Position numbers and translations under genes: made by a program. Positions 19,774 through 30,621 of a stretch of 64,000 nt of DNA are shown piece by piece. The notes beneath the pieces were generated by a model, which made no database searches, had not been told where the DNA came from, and was given only the letters and a program-made list of their open reading frames with translations. Where the stretch lies: the NCBI GenBank assembly GCA_963790045.1, contig CAWBMS010000007.1, positions 591,545 to 655,544 on the forward strand. The letters run 5' to 3'. The number at the start of each line of letters is the position of its first letter. Position 1 is the first letter of the stretch. The DNA comes from Ignavibacteriota bacterium. Lineage in GTDB: Bacteria; Bacteroidota; Ignavibacteria; UBA10030.

Positions 19774-21572
19774 ATCCGCATGTGCTGTGGATGGGTTCTA
19801 TGCGTGATGGAAAAAATCATTTTAGAAACACATTTATGTCCATCATAATGATGATGTCTTCCTCATTACTTCTTGGGCAACCGCAACCGGTAGTCCGTGG
19901 CGTGCAGGTTGTCGGCAATCATCATTTTTCTGCTTCACAGGTTATGAGTATGTTGCAGATAAAACAAAATGTTCGTTACAATGAAACGATGTTGACAAAA
20001 GATATTCAAGCAATAGAAGGATTGTACCGCAGCGACGGCTACTTGCAGGCGCGAACGGATTCCGTTCAAATCGAACGTGATTCGGTTGCCAACAATATCT
20101 CGTTGATGTTTTTTATTTCTGAAGGCAAGCCATCCATTGTGCGTGCGATAGAGTTTTCAGGCAACAAAATATTCGCCAATGCCGCATTGCGTGAATGGAT
20201 GAACGTGCGGGAAGGAAGCGTTTTTTCTTCATCCGTCATTGAAAAAGATATTCAATCGATTCTTCAACAGTATGAGAAAGCAGGATATCCACTGGCGAGC
20301 GTACGCGTAGAAAATATTGTCCGCATCGATACGCTCGATGAAATTTCTCTTCGCATTCTATTATCGATTAATGAAGGGCGGACGATTACCATTTCCGGTT
20401 TGCGTGTCGAAGGAAATACATCTACGAAAACCGACGTGATCACTCGCGAAGCGCGCTTGTATCCTCATGAACTATACGACGGCAATTTACCGGAGCGCAT
20501 TAAAAGCCGATTGACGCGATTGCAATTGTTCAGTAGTGTCTCCACTCCGGAAATATATTTTGATGAACGCGACAGTGCCGGCCTCTCGGTGAAAGTGGCG
20601 GAAGGAAATTACAACAGTTTCGACGGCGTGCTGGGGTATGTGCCGGCAAACGGAACGAACACGAAAGGATATGTAACCGGTTTGGTGAATGTATCGTTCA
20701 GAAATTTATTCGGCACGGGAAGAAAACTAAGCGCGCGATGGTTTCAGGAAAACAGCAACACGCAGGAAGTGGAATTTAATTATCTCGAGCCGTGGATTGC
20801 TTCGCTGCCGCTGAACGGGCAGTTCGGATTTTTTCAGCGCAAGCAGGATTCCACGTACATCAAAATGCAATATGATTTGACTGCTGAATGGATGTTGCTG
20901 GAAGAATTTTCCATCAGCGGATCGTTCTCGCAAACGGATGTGACGCCAACGGAGGGATATGGCTGGTCGGTGCTTGCTGCGAGTACCACAACAAGCGGCG
21001 GCATTGCGATTCAATATGATTCGCGCGACAATATTGCCGCGCCGACACAAGGCGTGTACTACACCACACAGTATCAAACCGGCAGAAAATCCATCAAACA
21101 TATGGCGGCAGGCGGCGACAGCATCGTGACGGCAACGCGGCGCGTGATGCTTGATCTAAAATATTATCATACATTGTGGTACCGTAACATTCTTGCGGCG
21201 GAATTGCACGTGCGCGATTTCAGTGCAAGTGACATCGATCAAAGCGATTTGTTTCTTCTTGGCGGTGCCACGACGCTGCGCGGGTACCGCGAAGGACAAT
21301 TTCTCGGTTCGCGAATTGTCTGGTCGAATCTTGAATACCGCATTCTCATGGCGTCGCAATCGTATGTCTTTGGCTTTATCGATGCCGGTTATATTGTGCA
21401 GCCAGCCATTGCATCGATCGGTCTCGTAGCATCCGAGCAAACGAAAATTGGATACGGCATCGGTGTGCAGTTAGATTCCGGTATCGGATTGATCGGCGTC
21501 AGCATTGCGCTTGGCGAAGGCGATACGTTTAGTACAGCAAAACTTCATATCAGGTTAATTAATGCATTTTAA
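19755..21572 (+). CDS. BamA/Omp85-family outer membrane protein
   Basis: POTRA-like repeats (VRGVQVVGNHHFS..., IVRAIEFSGNKIF..., ISGLRVEGNTSTK...). C-terminal beta-barrel ends in aromatic ...RLINAF. Start is uncertain (19755, 19791 or 19836). Confidence 0.8.
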   Translation: MGKNLLNPHVLWMGSMRDGKNHFRNTFMSIIMMMSSSLLLGQPQPVVRGVQVVGNHHFSASQVMSMLQIKQNVRYNETMLTKDIQAIEGLYRSDGYLQARTDSVQIERDSVANNISLMFFISEGKPSIVRAIEFSGNKIFANAALREWMNVREGSVFSSSVIEKDIQSILQQYEKAGYPLASVRVENIVRIDTLDEISLRILLSINEGRTITISGLRVEGNTSTKTDVITREARLYPHELYDGNLPERIKSRLTRLQLFSSVSTPEIYFDERDSAGLSVKVAEGNYNSFDGVLGYVPANGTNTKGYVTGLVNVSFRNLFGTGRKLSARWFQENSNTQEVEFNYLEPWIASLPLNGQFGFFQRKQDSTYIKMQYDLTAEWMLLEEFSISGSFSQTDVTPTEGYGWSVLAASTTTSGGIAIQYDSRDNIAAPTQGVYYTTQYQTGRKSIKHMAAGGDSIVTATRRVMLDLKYYHTLWYRNILAAELHVRDFSASDIDQSDLFLLGGATTLRGYREGQFLGSRIVWSNLEYRILMASQSYVFGFIDAGYIVQPAIASIGLVASEQTKIGYGIGVQLDSGIGLIGVSIALGEGDTFSTAKLHIRLINAF

Positions 21573-22413
21573 AATGTTCAACGCATATATTCAACTCAGC
21601 CGCCCGGTCAATGTGCTGATGGCGTTTGCTGCCGTTCCGGTCGGCTGCTGGATTGCCGGCGCACGCATCGGCGATGCAGTTCAGGTTTTGCTGGCTGCGT
21701 TTTCTGTTGCGCTTGTTGCTGCATCTGCAAACGCCATGAACGATGTTTTTGACATGGAGATCGACCGCATCAACAAACCTACGCGCCCGCTGCCCAGCAA
21801 TTTACTTCAACCGCGTGATGCTCAGCGCATGTGGTTTTTCTGTGCGCTAGCAGCGATGATATTAAATGCATGGATTGGTATTCTCGCACTCGCAATGGTT
21901 ATCGCTGCGGTAGTTATGCTGTACTGGTATTCTGTGTACTTCAAACGTACTGCATTGCTCGGAAATATTCTTGCTGCGGGAATAATTGCATGGATGATTT
22001 TTCTCTACAGCGGCGTGGCGGTAGGTAATGTAAAACGATCCATCGTTCCTGCGCTCTTTGCGTTTCTTTCCAACTTCGGACGTGAACTCATCAAAGACGT
22101 GGAAGATGTCGATGGCGACCGCGCGGCCAATGCGAATACGCTGCCGGTGCGGTACGGTCTTGCGCCTGCACGCTGGCTATTTGCCGGTTCTATGCTCATA
22201 CTTATTCTTACAACGGTTGCCGCTATTGTTCTGCATCTCTATAATTTATATTTTACAGCTTTTGTCATGCCAGTAGATGTATGCGTGCTGATCGTTACGG
22301 TTGCGATGTGGCATTCATCTTCTTCGCAAACAATGCACCGTATCAGTGCGCTGTTAAAAATTTGTATGGTGATGGGACTGCTGGGAATATTTTTTGGATC
22401 GATGAATTTTTAA
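21562..22413 (+). CDS. UbiA family prenyltransferase
   Basis: NAMNDVFDMEIDRINKPTRPLP (NxxxDxxxD) and DVEDVDGD second Asp-rich motif. About 8-9 TM segments. Confidence 0.8.
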   Translation: MHFKMFNAYIQLSRPVNVLMAFAAVPVGCWIAGARIGDAVQVLLAAFSVALVAASANAMNDVFDMEIDRINKPTRPLPSNLLQPRDAQRMWFFCALAAMILNAWIGILALAMVIAAVVMLYWYSVYFKRTALLGNILAAGIIAWMIFLYSGVAVGNVKRSIVPALFAFLSNFGRELIKDVEDVDGDRAANANTLPVRYGLAPARWLFAGSMLILILTTVAAIVLHLYNLYFTAFVMPVDVCVLIVTVAMWHSSSSQTMHRISALLKICMVMGLLGIFFGSMNF

Positions 22414-22430
22414 AATGTACACAGCACAGG

Positions 22431-22463
22431 AAGTGTCCAACACCTGTAAGGTGTTGGACACTT
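22431..22463. repeat. perfect 14-bp stem hairpin downstream of the UbiA gene
   Basis: AAGTGTCCAACACC-tgtaa-GGTGTTGGACACTT. No U-tract. A degenerate related sequence occurs at about 23111-23134, after rnhB. Confidence 0.6.
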
Positions 22464-22479
22464 AACAGAGACAACGATC

Positions 22480-23082
22480 ATGATAAATCTTGAATTTGAA
22501 CAAGCATTATGGCAGCAGGGAATTCAAGCCATTGCCGGAATCGATGAAGCAGGGCGCGGCCCGCTTGCGGGTCCGGTAGTAGCAGCGGCAGTGATTTTTC
22601 CAAAAGATTGCATCATCGACGGCGTGAATGATTCCAAAAAACTTTCTGCAAAGCGGCGTGATTTTTTGTTCGATAAAATTCATGCACAGGCGCTTGCCGT
22701 CGGCGTCGGGATGGTTGACCACATGGAAATCGACCGCATCAATATTTTACAGGCAACCATGCTGGCGATGAAGTATGCGCTGGAACATTTGTCCGTGCCT
22801 CCAGATTATATTCTGGTGGACGGAAATTATTTTACGCACAAAAACTATCGGTTTAAAACCATTATCGAAGGTGATGCGAAATCTTTCACGATTGCAGCCG
22901 CTTCCATTATTGCCAAAGTAACGCGAGATCGGCTGATGATGGAACTCGATGCACAATATCCCGAATACGGTTTTGCAAAACATAAGGGCTACGGTACCAA
23001 ACAGCATCTCGATGCTATCCGTCAATACGGCTTGTGTGCCATTCACCGGAAAACGTTTACTCAGAAGTTCGTGCAAAAATAA
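22480..23082 (+). CDS. rnhB: ribonuclease HII
   Basis: GIDEAGRGPLAGPVVAAAV catalytic motif. 200 aa. KGYGT near the C-terminus. Confidence 0.9.
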   Translation: MINLEFEQALWQQGIQAIAGIDEAGRGPLAGPVVAAAVIFPKDCIIDGVNDSKKLSAKRRDFLFDKIHAQALAVGVGMVDHMEIDRINILQATMLAMKYALEHLSVPPDYILVDGNYFTHKNYRFKTIIEGDAKSFTIAAASIIAKVTRDRLMMELDAQYPEYGFAKHKGYGTKQHLDAIRQYGLCAIHRKTFTQKFVQK

Positions 23083-23168
23083 ATATCAACACACCAGCAT
23101 CAAAAAAAAGTATCCAACATTAGTAAGGTTGCATTTCCTCTTCTCATTCATTACTTTATTCCGACAAC

Positions 23169-23543
23169 GTGTTGGAGATGGCAATGCCTTCATCGAACAA
23201 ACGATTACAAGGTGCAAATGGGGAAGCAACTGCGGTACAGTATCTTCAACGGCATGGTTTTAAAATACTCAAACAAAACTTTCGATATGAGCGCGGTGAA
23301 ATCGACATTGTGGCGGAAGATGACAATGAAATAGTATTCGTCGAAGTGAAAGCACGGCATTCGCACACGTACGGTATGCCGGAAGAAGCCGTCACTCCAA
23401 AGAAGCAGCAGCAGATTCGCACAGTGGCGGAGGGCTATTTGTCAGAACACAACAGCAATGAACGTGTGTGCCGGTTCGATGTTATCGCCATCGATTGGCG
23501 CGGCAAACAAACGGACATCCGTCATTATCGTAACGCATTTTAG
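23169..23543 (+). CDS. yraN: YraN family endonuclease (UPF0102)
   Basis: GEATAVQYLQRHGFKILKQNFRYERGEIDIVAEDDNEIVFVEVKAR is the canonical YraN pattern. Start is GTG 23169 or a nearby ATG. Confidence 0.85.
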   Translation: MLEMAMPSSNKRLQGANGEATAVQYLQRHGFKILKQNFRYERGEIDIVAEDDNEIVFVEVKARHSHTYGMPEEAVTPKKQQQIRTVAEGYLSEHNSNERVCRFDVIAIDWRGKQTDIRHYRNAF

Positions 23544-25016
23544 ATGTGGAAGGAAATTTCCATGGATCAAAAAAATACTCCCAAAGGAATTACAGCACTT
23601 CTCGGATCGCAGGCGGCGTTGTACACGGACTTGTATCAATTGACGATGGCGCAGGGATTTTTTCTTTCCGGCAAAACCGCGACGCCGGCAGTGTATGATT
23701 ATACGTTTCGTGAAAATCCTTTTCAAGGTGGGTATGTAGTTTTTGCAGGTATCAGCGATGTGTTAGAATTGTTGGCGCAGTTCCGGTTCGATGACGAAGC
23801 CATTCATTATTTGCGCGTGTTAAAATTTCGGGAAGAATTTCTTCAGTATTTGCAGCAATTTCGTTTTCATGGAACCGTGCATGCGATGCATGAAGGAGAG
23901 ATTGTGTTTCCCATAGAGCCGATCGTACGTGTCGAAGGCAATCTTGTCGAGTCGCAGCTTATCGAAACAATGCTTCTGAATATCTTGAATTTTGAATCGC
24001 TCATTGCTACCAAAGCATCGCGCATTCGTTTTGCCGCAGGCAATCGCAAGATAAAAGATTTTGGTTTGCGCCGTGCGCAAGGATTAGGTGGAATTCTTGC
24101 AAGCAAAGCGGCAATCATTGGCGGTGTGGACACAACATCCAATGTGTTTGCGGCGTATCACTTCGGGCTCGATGTCACCGGCACGCAAGCGCATTCATGG
24201 ATTCAGAGTTTTAGCGATGAACTGACGGCGTTTCGCCGTTATGCCGAACTCTATCCCGACGAATGTGTGCTGTTGGTAGATACGTACGGCACATTAAAAA
24301 ATGGAATTCCTCATGCTATCATTGTCGCAAGAGAGTTGGAAGCAAAAGGCAAACGGCTTGCCGGTGTTCGATTGGACAGCGGCGATCTTGTATCGCTGAG
24401 TAAAAAAGTACGCGCCATGTTGGACGCAGCGGGTTTGCGATATGTCCAAATCGTTGCATCCAATCAATTAGATGAATATCTCATTTACAATCTTACGCAG
24501 CAAAATGCGCCGATTGATTCCTACGGTGTCGGGACGAAACTCATCAGTGCGAACGGAAGTCCTGCTTTGGAAGGAATATATAAGTTGAGTGAGTTGAACG
24601 GTCAGCCGAGTATGAAGGTGACGGATAATTTTTTGAAGACAACGATGCCAGGGAAAAAACATGTCTTTCGATTTTTAGATGACAAAGGTATGTTCGATTG
24701 CGACGGCGTTTCGTTGGAGAAAGAAGCAAAGATCGAATCTTTGTATCATCCATCCTTTGTTGGCCATCAGCGGAATGTTGGTAAGTTATCGGTGCAGCCA
24801 TTGATGGTGAAAATGATGGAACAAGGTGAAAATACTGTACCGATCCCATCCGTTCAAGAGAGCGAGCAATATGCTTCCAACCGTTTCGTGTTGTTGCCGA
24901 TGGACTACAAGCGATTTGAAAAACCTTCGCAGTATAAAGTCGGATTTAGTACGCTTCTTATGAATTTGCGAACAGAGTTATACAAACGTTTGCAACAAGC
25001 ACCGGTTGCACGATAA
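23544..25016 (+). CDS. pncB: nicotinate phosphoribosyltransferase
   Basis: LYTDLYQLTMAQGFF N-terminal signature, GLRRAQG and GTQAHSWIQ motifs. 490 aa. Confidence 0.85.
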   Translation: MWKEISMDQKNTPKGITALLGSQAALYTDLYQLTMAQGFFLSGKTATPAVYDYTFRENPFQGGYVVFAGISDVLELLAQFRFDDEAIHYLRVLKFREEFLQYLQQFRFHGTVHAMHEGEIVFPIEPIVRVEGNLVESQLIETMLLNILNFESLIATKASRIRFAAGNRKIKDFGLRRAQGLGGILASKAAIIGGVDTTSNVFAAYHFGLDVTGTQAHSWIQSFSDELTAFRRYAELYPDECVLLVDTYGTLKNGIPHAIIVARELEAKGKRLAGVRLDSGDLVSLSKKVRAMLDAAGLRYVQIVASNQLDEYLIYNLTQQNAPIDSYGVGTKLISANGSPALEGIYKLSELNGQPSMKVTDNFLKTTMPGKKHVFRFLDDKGMFDCDGVSLEKEAKIESLYHPSFVGHQRNVGKLSVQPLMVKMMEQGENTVPIPSVQESEQYASNRFVLLPMDYKRFEKPSQYKVGFSTLLMNLRTELYKRLQQAPVAR

Positions 25017-25135
25017 TCCGTATATCACGGGTTTCTTAAAAAATTTCTTCGGGGAAATAAATACTGAAGTCCTCTGCTTTTTTTTGTATCTTGTAGAAGA
25101 AGAAATGAATATCCCAGCATGGTGTTTGAGGAAGA

Positions 25136-25582
25136 ATGAAGTCGAATAATAGTGTAAAGTTTTGGTTTCCGGTTATTTTATGGATGTGTTTTATTTTTTG
25201 GATGTCCACGGCGATGTTTGGCGCACAAAATACGTCTTCTATTATTGAACCGATTCTACGGTTCTTGATGCCGTCCATTTCTCACAGAGAACTGGAGCAT
25301 CTCCATTTCCTCATACGCAAACTTGCACATCTAACGGAATATTTTATTTCGGGATTATTATTATTCCGTGCTTTTCGAGGCGGGTCGGATGAACACCATG
25401 CATGGCGCTGGGCGCTGTATTCATTCTTGGTCATCGTGCTCATTGCAGCGTCGGATGAATATCACCAATCGTTTATTCCAGATCGTACTTCATCCATCTT
25501 TGATGTCGGAATCGATACGGTGGGCGGTATAGCTGCGCTTGCAATATGTACCCTGAAACGATGGTTCGCTGCGGACAAATAA
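25136..25582 (+). CDS. VanZ family membrane protein
   Basis: 148 aa with four hydrophobic segments. [18 protein letters not shown] and [11 protein letters not shown] motifs are typical of VanZ-like proteins. Confidence 0.7.
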   Translation: MKSNNSVKFWFPVILWMCFIFWMSTAMFGAQNTSSIIEPILRFLMPSISHRELEHLHFLIRKLAHLTEYFISGLLLFRAFRGGSDEHHAWRWALYSFLVIVLIAASDEYHQSFIPDRTSSIFDVGIDTVGGIAALAICTLKRWFAADK

Positions 25583-25659
25583 TTCTTTCATTGTGTTGAT
25601 TCATCATTTGCTTAGAAAAAAGAGAGAAGCCCGTCTCATTTTTTTGTATCTTATCTTTC

Positions 25660-28491
25660 ATGGCAAAGAACAACACATCGCCTCTTCCGGTACCGCCGTC
25701 TTCCAAATCGTCTAAACTATCGGAGATTATCATCCGCGGTGCGCGTGTGCATAATCTGAAAAACATTTCGCTGATGCTTCCCCGCAACAAACTCATTGTT
25801 ATGACCGGCGTAAGCGGTTCGGGAAAATCATCGCTTGCGTTCGATACAATTTACGCGGAAGGACAGCGGCGCTATGTGGAAAGCTTGTCTTCTTATGCGC
25901 GGCAGTTTTTAGAGAGAATGGAAAAACCGGATGTGGATTTGATTCAGGGTATCAGTCCGGCAATTGCGATTGAACAGAAAACTACATCGCGTAATCCGCG
26001 CTCTACCGTTGCCACCACGACAGAAATTTATGATTACCTGCGTTTGCTGTTTGGCAGAATCGGACAAACATATTGCAGTGTGTGCGGTAAACTTGTGAAA
26101 CGTGAATCTGTTTCCAGTGTCGTGGATCGATTACAGCAAGAGCCGGACGGGACAAAATTGTACGTGATGTTTCCGCTGCCGGAGCATCAGGGGCATTCGG
26201 TTAAAGAAGAAATCGCCACACTTAAGCAGCGTGGATTTTTTCGTCTGATCGTGAAAGATGAAATCGTCGATCTCAACGAACAGGAATTCAAATCCAAGAC
26301 AAAAAAAGATATTTATGTTTTAGTGGATCGGTTGATTGTGCGGAAAGGCAATACCGACAGTGCTACGCGCTTTGCAGATTCCATTCAAACAGCGTTTGAA
26401 GAAAGCGGCGGTTATGTATTTGTGCAGTTGCTGGAATCAAAAACGATTCTGCGCTTCTCGCAGCATTACGAGTGCGACAACGACGGAACACGTTACGAAG
26501 ATCCGGAGCCGCGATTGTTTTCGTTCAACAATCCCGTCGGTGCATGTCCGGTGTGCCAGGGATTCGGGCGCATAATGGGAATCGATTTGGATTTAGTTGT
26601 TCCCGATCCGAGCAAAACAATTCGCGAAGGCGCAATTTTGCCGTGGACGTTTTCCGGCTGGCGCGAAAATCTCATGGATCTTTTACGTGTCGCACATCAA
26701 GCTAATATTCCCGTTGATGTTCCGTTCAGCGCGTTGACGAAAGAACAATTGAGCATCATCATGAACGGTTTCGGTTCGTTTGAAGGTTTGAAGAAATTCT
26801 TTAATTTTATCGAACGTAAATCCTATAAAATTCAAAATCGTGTTTTTCTTAGCCGCTTCCGTGGTTACACTGCATGTGATGCTTGCGGTGGATCGCGTTT
26901 GCGTAGCGATGTACTGAATGTCCGCGTCAATGATAAAAATATGTACGATGTCGTAAGCATGACGATTGCCGAAACACATCAGTTCTTTGACGATATTAAA
27001 TTGACAGCGCACGAAACGGAAATTGCTAAACGCATTCTGGAAGAAATCCGGAAACGGTTGCGGTTTCTCAACGGCATCGGGCTTGGCTATCTCACATTAG
27101 ATCGATTAACGATGACGCTTTCCGGCGGCGAATCGCAGCGCATCAATCTTGCCACATCGCTCGGCTCTTCGCTGATGGGCGCGTTGTATGTTTTGGATGA
27201 ACCGACCATCGGTTTGCATCCGCGAGATAACCAGAAATTGATTGCATTGCTGAAATCTTTACGCGATGTCGGAAACACCGTCATCGTTGTGGAACATGAC
27301 GATGATATGATGAAAGAAGCTGATGTCATTGTCGATATGGGTCCGCGCGCAGGCGAACACGGCGGCGAAATCATTTTCAATGGAACACTGCCGGAACTTC
27401 TTAAACATCCGACATCACTCACGGCGCAATATCTCAACGGCAAGCTTTCCATTCCCGTCCCGAAAAAACGGCGGGAAGATTCCGAACAATCAGTATTCAT
27501 TCGCGGTGCAACGGCGCACAATCTGAAAAATATCGATGTGCGGATTCCGTTAAACAGATTTGTGTGCGTTACCGGTGTCAGCGGTTCCGGAAAAAGCACG
27601 CTCGTGCATGAAGTGTTGTATGCCGGATTGATGAAACGGAAAGGCGGCTACGAAGGCACTGCCGGTAAATGCAGATCGATAGATGGCGTGGAATATGTTG
27701 CGCGCGTGGAAATGGTCGATCAATCTCCCATCGGCAAAAGCCCGCGTTCCAATCCTGTAACGTATTTAAAAGTGTTTGATTTGATTCGCGACTTGCTGGC
27801 GAATACGGCAACGGCAAAAACGCATGGTTATACGCCGGGACATTTTTCCTTCAACGTGCCCGGCGGCAGGTGCGAAGTATGCGAAGGCGATGGCGTGCAG
27901 CATATTGAAATGCAATTTCTTGCCGATTTATTTTTACCGTGTGAATCATGCAAAGGCAAACGCTTTAAGCAGGAAATTTTGGATGTGCGCTATCGCGGCA
28001 AGAATGTGCATGATCTATTGAATATGACGGTGACAGAAGCGATTGCATTTTTCGCGACTTCGCCGGAAGGAAAGCGCGTGGCAAAACGTTTGAAAGTGTT
28101 AGATGACGTGGGATTGGGATATATTCGGCTCGGGCAATCTGCGACAACACTTTCTGGCGGAGAAGCGCAGCGCATCAAATTAGCGCATCATCTTTCTTCA
28201 TCGGAACAGGAAGGAAGCGCGTTGTTTATTTTTGATGAACCGACGACCGGGTTGCATTCCGACAACATCGCTAAACTCCTCAAATGTTTTGACGCGTTGG
28301 TGGAAGCGGGGCATTCGCTCATTGTCATTGAACATAATATGGATGTTGTGAAATGCGCGGACTTTGTCATTGATCTCGGTCCTGATGCAGGGGTTGCAGG
28401 CGGTAATATTGTTGCGCTCGGCACGCCGGAAGAAATTGCAGAGAATCCGAATTCTTACACAGGAAAATTTTTAAGACAAAAAATGGTTTAA
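25660..28491 (+). CDS. uvrA: excinuclease ABC subunit A
   Basis: 943 aa. Two ABC ATPase modules ([12 protein letters not shown]; [11 protein letters not shown]), zinc-finger Cys pairs and LSGGE signature motifs. Confidence 0.95.
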   Translation: MAKNNTSPLPVPPSSKSSKLSEIIIRGARVHNLKNISLMLPRNKLIVMTGVSGSGKSSLAFDTIYAEGQRRYVESLSSYARQFLERMEKPDVDLIQGISPAIAIEQKTTSRNPRSTVATTTEIYDYLRLLFGRIGQTYCSVCGKLVKRESVSSVVDRLQQEPDGTKLYVMFPLPEHQGHSVKEEIATLKQRGFFRLIVKDEIVDLNEQEFKSKTKKDIYVLVDRLIVRKGNTDSATRFADSIQTAFEESGGYVFVQLLESKTILRFSQHYECDNDGTRYEDPEPRLFSFNNPVGACPVCQGFGRIMGIDLDLVVPDPSKTIREGAILPWTFSGWRENLMDLLRVAHQANIPVDVPFSALTKEQLSIIMNGFGSFEGLKKFFNFIERKSYKIQNRVFLSRFRGYTACDACGGSRLRSDVLNVRVNDKNMYDVVSMTIAETHQFFDDIKLTAHETEIAKRILEEIRKRLRFLNGIGLGYLTLDRLTMTLSGGESQRINLATSLGSSLMGALYVLDEPTIGLHPRDNQKLIALLKSLRDVGNTVIVVEHDDDMMKEADVIVDMGPRAGEHGGEIIFNGTLPELLKHPTSLTAQYLNGKLSIPVPKKRREDSEQSVFIRGATAHNLKNIDVRIPLNRFVCVTGVSGSGKSTLVHEVLYAGLMKRKGGYEGTAGKCRSIDGVEYVARVEMVDQSPIGKSPRSNPVTYLKVFDLIRDLLANTATAKTHGYTPGHFSFNVPGGRCEVCEGDGVQHIEMQFLADLFLPCESCKGKRFKQEILDVRYRGKNVHDLLNMTVTEAIAFFATSPEGKRVAKRLKVLDDVGLGYIRLGQSATTLSGGEAQRIKLAHHLSSSEQEGSALFIFDEPTTGLHSDNIAKLLKCFDALVEAGHSLIVIEHNMDVVKCADFVIDLGPDAGVAGGNIVALGTPEEIAENPNSYTGKFLRQKMV

Positions 28492-28494
28492 AGA

Positions 28495-29265
28495 TTAGAG
28501 ATAACCGCCGAAAGTCAGTGTCAAAAACAATCCGCCGAAGGAATTCATACTTCCGCCTTGCATCACTTCGATGCCGGGCGAATAAGGGATATACAAATAG
28601 CGAACGCTGATGCCGGTCATCGTGCCTTGCTGCGATCCGAAATAGAGTCCTGCTCCGATAAATCCACCGAACGTGTACCGCAACTGCGCGTACTTTAAAC
28701 TTGTAAAGAAATCAATTTGGTTTTGTTGCATATAGGCATTACCGGAGATATCGACGGATGGTGTGTAGGTTGCGTACGGTGCAACGACAATCATCGTCGG
28801 TCCCAAGCCGCCGGTGATGTACGGACGAAAATTATCATCGATGTCATCTTTAAATAACCGGTACTGCACACTGGCAAACAACGGCATTAACAGCAAACGA
28901 TTAAGTTTGCCGGGAACAACGGTGCTACCGTACAAATAATCATACTGCTCTACTTCGTTATTATCTTTTACGTCAGAGATTGTAAAGTTGATCATACCGG
29001 AAAGTTCGTCGTCGTATTCGTGTCGGTAAAAAAAACCAAGGCCAAAGCCGTTGTTAGAAAGATCAAGATCGACGCCCCACGCGTCCGTTTGTGGATTGTA
29101 CGCATGCGGACGAATCAATTGCGGATTAGACGGCGTGAAGATGATTGTGCTGTCGCTTGCGGGAAATTGCTGTGCGTCTAATGATGAAACACACATGCTG
29201 CCCATGAACATCATTCCCGCCAAAATATAAAATCGTAATCCCATCGTCCTTGCATGATGAACCAT
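28495..29265 (-). CDS. putative outer-membrane beta-barrel protein
   Basis: Signal-peptide-like N-terminus (likely start MGLRFYILAGMMFMGSM at 29244). Gly/aromatic-rich alternating pattern ending ...LTLTFGGYL. No specific family recognised. Confidence 0.45.
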   Translation of the reverse strand: MVHHARTMGLRFYILAGMMFMGSMCVSSLDAQQFPASDSTIIFTPSNPQLIRPHAYNPQTDAWGVDLDLSNNGFGLGFFYRHEYDDELSGMINFTISDVKDNNEVEQYDYLYGSTVVPGKLNRLLLMPLFASVQYRLFKDDIDDNFRPYITGGLGPTMIVVAPYATYTPSVDISGNAYMQQNQIDFFTSLKYAQLRYTFGGFIGAGLYFGSQQGTMTGISVRYLYIPYSPGIEVMQGGSMNSFGGLFLTLTFGGYL

Positions 29266-29283
29266 GCAGCTGTTTTTTCATTA

Positions 29284-30453
29284 TTACTGTACGGCAAAAA
29301 TCGCAAATTTTAAATATTCGGTCTCCGGCATCGCAGGCAAAACCGGATGATCCGGCGCGGCGCCTGAAAATTCTAATAACTGCACCTTCCGCTTTGCTTT
29401 GATCGTTGCTTGTTCGATGGCAGAAAGGAATCCCTCTTTTGATATGTGATGCGAGCACGAGGCCGTCACTAAAAATCCGCCGATGTTGATGAGGTGCAAT
29501 GCCGCGGCATTGATCTGTTTGTATCCCTGCAATGCAGCGGGAATACTTTTTTTGTTTTTTGTGAAAGACGGTGGATCAAGAATGATGACATCGAACTTTT
29601 TGTTCTTCTCTTGCAAGAGTTTTAAATGATCGAACACATCGGCAGTCGTGACGTGAATGTTCTCGATGCTGTTGAGCCGCGCGTTCACATGCAGTTTGGC
29701 AATCGCCGTTTCGGAACTATCCACGGCAGTAACCGATGCTGCGCCGCCTTTTGCAGCGTGCAGGGCAAACCCGCCTTCGTTAGAAAAACAATCCAGAACA
29801 CTCTTGCCGATTACGTACCGCTCAATGGCTTTTCTGTTTTCGCGTTGATCTAAAAAGAATCCCGTTTTCTGCCCGGTCATCACATCGACTTCGAATTTCA
29901 CGCCATCGTCGTCGATGATCGTCACGCCCGGAGTGCCGCGGAGGACGATTTTTTCTTCCGGCAGTTGTTCAAGCACGCGCGTGCCTGTATCGTTGCGTGC
30001 CACAATCGCTTTCGGATGAAATATCGATTCCAACACATCACAAATCAGCGTGGTACGTTTTTCCATACCGGCGGAAAGAATTTGCAGCGAAAGATATTCA
30101 TTATACTTGTCGATTACTAAACCGGGGAGAAAATCGCTTTCGCCGTACACCAGCCGGAAAGTTTCAGCGTTCGGATATAAATGCTTGCGCAAAGCGTAGG
30201 CTTGTTGAATGCGCCGTTCGAAAAAATCAAACGAGATTTCTTCTTCTATCGCTGTTAAAAAGCGCGCCGCGATAAGCGAATGCGGATGATAAAATCCTTG
30301 CCCGAGTAATTTTTTATCGTGTCGTAAAATTGCTACGATGTCGCCGGATTCCGGTGCACCTTCCACGGAAGCAATTTCATTGCTGAATATCCATTGATGC
30401 CCGGCGGTCAACCGATGCTCTTCGTTGCGTTTAAGAATGATGTACTTTTCCAT
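29284..30453 (-). CDS. rlmI: class I SAM-dependent rRNA (cytosine-C5) methyltransferase, RlmI-like
   Basis: N-terminal PUA-like region (RLTAGHQWIFSNEI) and a C-terminal SAM-MTase (VLDCFSNEGGFAL, DVIILDPPSF). Confidence 0.75.
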   Translation of the reverse strand: MEKYIILKRNEEHRLTAGHQWIFSNEIASVEGAPESGDIVAILRHDKKLLGQGFYHPHSLIAARFLTAIEEEISFDFFERRIQQAYALRKHLYPNAETFRLVYGESDFLPGLVIDKYNEYLSLQILSAGMEKRTTLICDVLESIFHPKAIVARNDTGTRVLEQLPEEKIVLRGTPGVTIIDDDGVKFEVDVMTGQKTGFFLDQRENRKAIERYVIGKSVLDCFSNEGGFALHAAKGGAASVTAVDSSETAIAKLHVNARLNSIENIHVTTADVFDHLKLLQEKNKKFDVIILDPPSFTKNKKSIPAALQGYKQINAAALHLINIGGFLVTASCSHHISKEGFLSAIEQATIKAKRKVQLLEFSGAAPDHPVLPAMPETEYLKFAIFAVQ

Positions 30454-30564
30454 GGTTGTATGTTACAAGGAAATTAAAGGAGAAGCAACATAAGGAAGTG
30501 GTGCACAAGAATTGAATGGCTTTAGCATGCTCTCAAACATTATCTATGAATTGAAAAGAGCGTA

Positions 30565-30597
30565 CAAAAAAACAGGCGAGATATATCTCTCGCCTGT
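30565..30597 (-). terminator. rho-independent terminator of serC
   Basis: 10-bp stem ACAGGCGAGA/TCTCGCCTGT (30572-30597) with a 6-nt loop. On the minus strand a T-run follows (plus-strand A-run 30566-30571). Lies 25 nt past the serC stop. Confidence 0.75.
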
Positions 30598-30621
30598 AAA
30601 CTGATCCGAAATAAAAAAGAA

